Below are positions 17,508-18,104 of a stretch of DNA of 18,104 nucleotides, piece by piece. The notes below the pieces were generated by a model. The model did not search any database, had not been told where the DNA came from, and was given only the letters and a program-made list of their open reading frames with translations. The DNA is from an uncultured Spirochaetota bacterium. Lineage in GTDB: Bacteria > Spirochaetota > Spirochaetia > SZUA-6 > Fen-1364. A program made the position numbers and the translations under genes. The DNA lies in assembly GCA_963745235.1 (NCBI GenBank), contig CAVUXE010000027.1, positions 1 through 18,104 on the forward strand, written 5' to 3'. Within the stretch, counting starts at the first letter, position 1, and each line of letters opens with the position of its first letter.

Positions 17508-17569
17508 CAGCGTCGAACGTCAAGAACAGCGCGCGTCTGGTGAGGCTGCCTCTTACAACCGGAACATTA

Positions 17570-18104
17570 GGATCCGACACAAAATAAACGCTACACATAG
17601 CATTAGGAGTCGTGTATACTCTGGGAGTGACACCCGAAGCGAGTATTCGATTCCGATTTCAGCGATTGGCCTCGACGCTTGACGAACGAGCCCTGCGCCT
17701 ATTCGCGGCAACGGAAGCGGAAGCGCTTGGGCACGGGGGTATTTCCCAGGTGTCACGCATCACCGGTTTGGCTCGCTCGACCATTCTTCGCGGACAACAA
17801 GAACTCCGCCAACGGCCGGGAGTGACCCCGGGCAGAATCCGCCGCCCCGGGGGGAGGACGGAAGAAGGTGAGCGCAGTAGATCCGACGGTGGTGCAGGAG
17901 CTGGAGCGCCTTGTTGAACCGTTGTCCCGAGGAGATCCGATGTCGCCGTTGCGCTGGACGTGCAAGAGCATTCGCACGTTGGCGGACACCCTGCAGCGCA
18001 TGGGTCACGGGGCCAGCCATCGGTGGGTTTGGGCCACCCTGCACGAGCTGAACTATAGTCTCCAAGGCAACCGCAAGATGGAGGAGGGCAACCAGCACGC
18101 CGAC
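17570..18104 (+). mobile_element. ISAzo13-family insertion sequence, left end and 5' part (runs off the window)
   Basis: Candidate left terminal repeat GGATCCGACACAAAATAAAC after TTA (17567-17569), followed by the transposase. The right end is not in the window, so the boundary is unconfirmed. Confidence 0.85.
17627..18104 (+). CDS. ISAzo13-family (Rhodopirellula-type DDE) transposase, partial; +1 frameshift in the G6 run at 17849-17854
   Basis: LDERALRLFAATEAEALGHGGISQVSRITGLARSTILRGQQEL...RIRRPGG, then after the shift GRKK...LVEPLSRGDPMSPLRWTCKSIRTLA...LHELNYSLQGNRKMEEGNQHAD. Start is GTG 17627 or 17612. Confidence 0.92.

Noticed and set aside
17849-17854. Programmed ribosomal frameshift in the transposase
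   Set aside because: ISAzo13 transposases are normally single ORFs, the site is a G run rather than an A-rich slippery heptamer, and similar indels occur across the window.
1-18104. CRISPR arrays, tRNA/rRNA genes, riboswitches, defence or phage genes; firm taxonomic call
   Set aside because: No repeat-spacer pattern or recognisable RNA gene seen. Gene style is compatible with a free-living high-GC spirochaete, but no marker gene is present to support it.

Overview
GC-rich DNA from a diderm bacterium, in three blocks. (1) 72-6647, minus strand: a MarR-regulated tripartite efflux operon (marR, TolC-family channel, lipoprotein MFP, HAE1 RND permease). The ~1116-aa RND gene is mostly missing from the ORF track because of a single-base frameshift. 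(2) 6769-15139: a divergent carbohydrate locus. Leftward is a CUT1 ABC importer (binding protein and two permeases, no ATPase). Rightward are an ADP-dependent sugar kinase family protein, a class II aldolase, a DeoR regulator, a Gfo/Idh/MocA oxidoreductase and a Zn-dependent MDR dehydrogenase. Two near-consensus back-to-back sigma70 promoters drive them. This is the best candidate for an undescribed system. The kinase has the free-sugar (glucokinase-type) signature with a diverged sugar site, and the aldolase has lost two of three distal-phosphate ligands. Together these suggest a ketose-1-phosphate aldol-cleavage route primed by an ADP-dependent-family kinase. The substrate cannot be named from sequence. 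(3) 15178-18104: a decaying accessory patch with an internally deleted IS630 remnant, an Eda-family aldolase coupled to a broken class I aminotransferase, a 26-codon chemoreceptor fragment and the left part of an ISAzo13-family IS. Six isolated single-base indels, mostly in G/C runs, look like uncorrected read errors. All motif comparisons are from recalled family knowledge; no searches were run.
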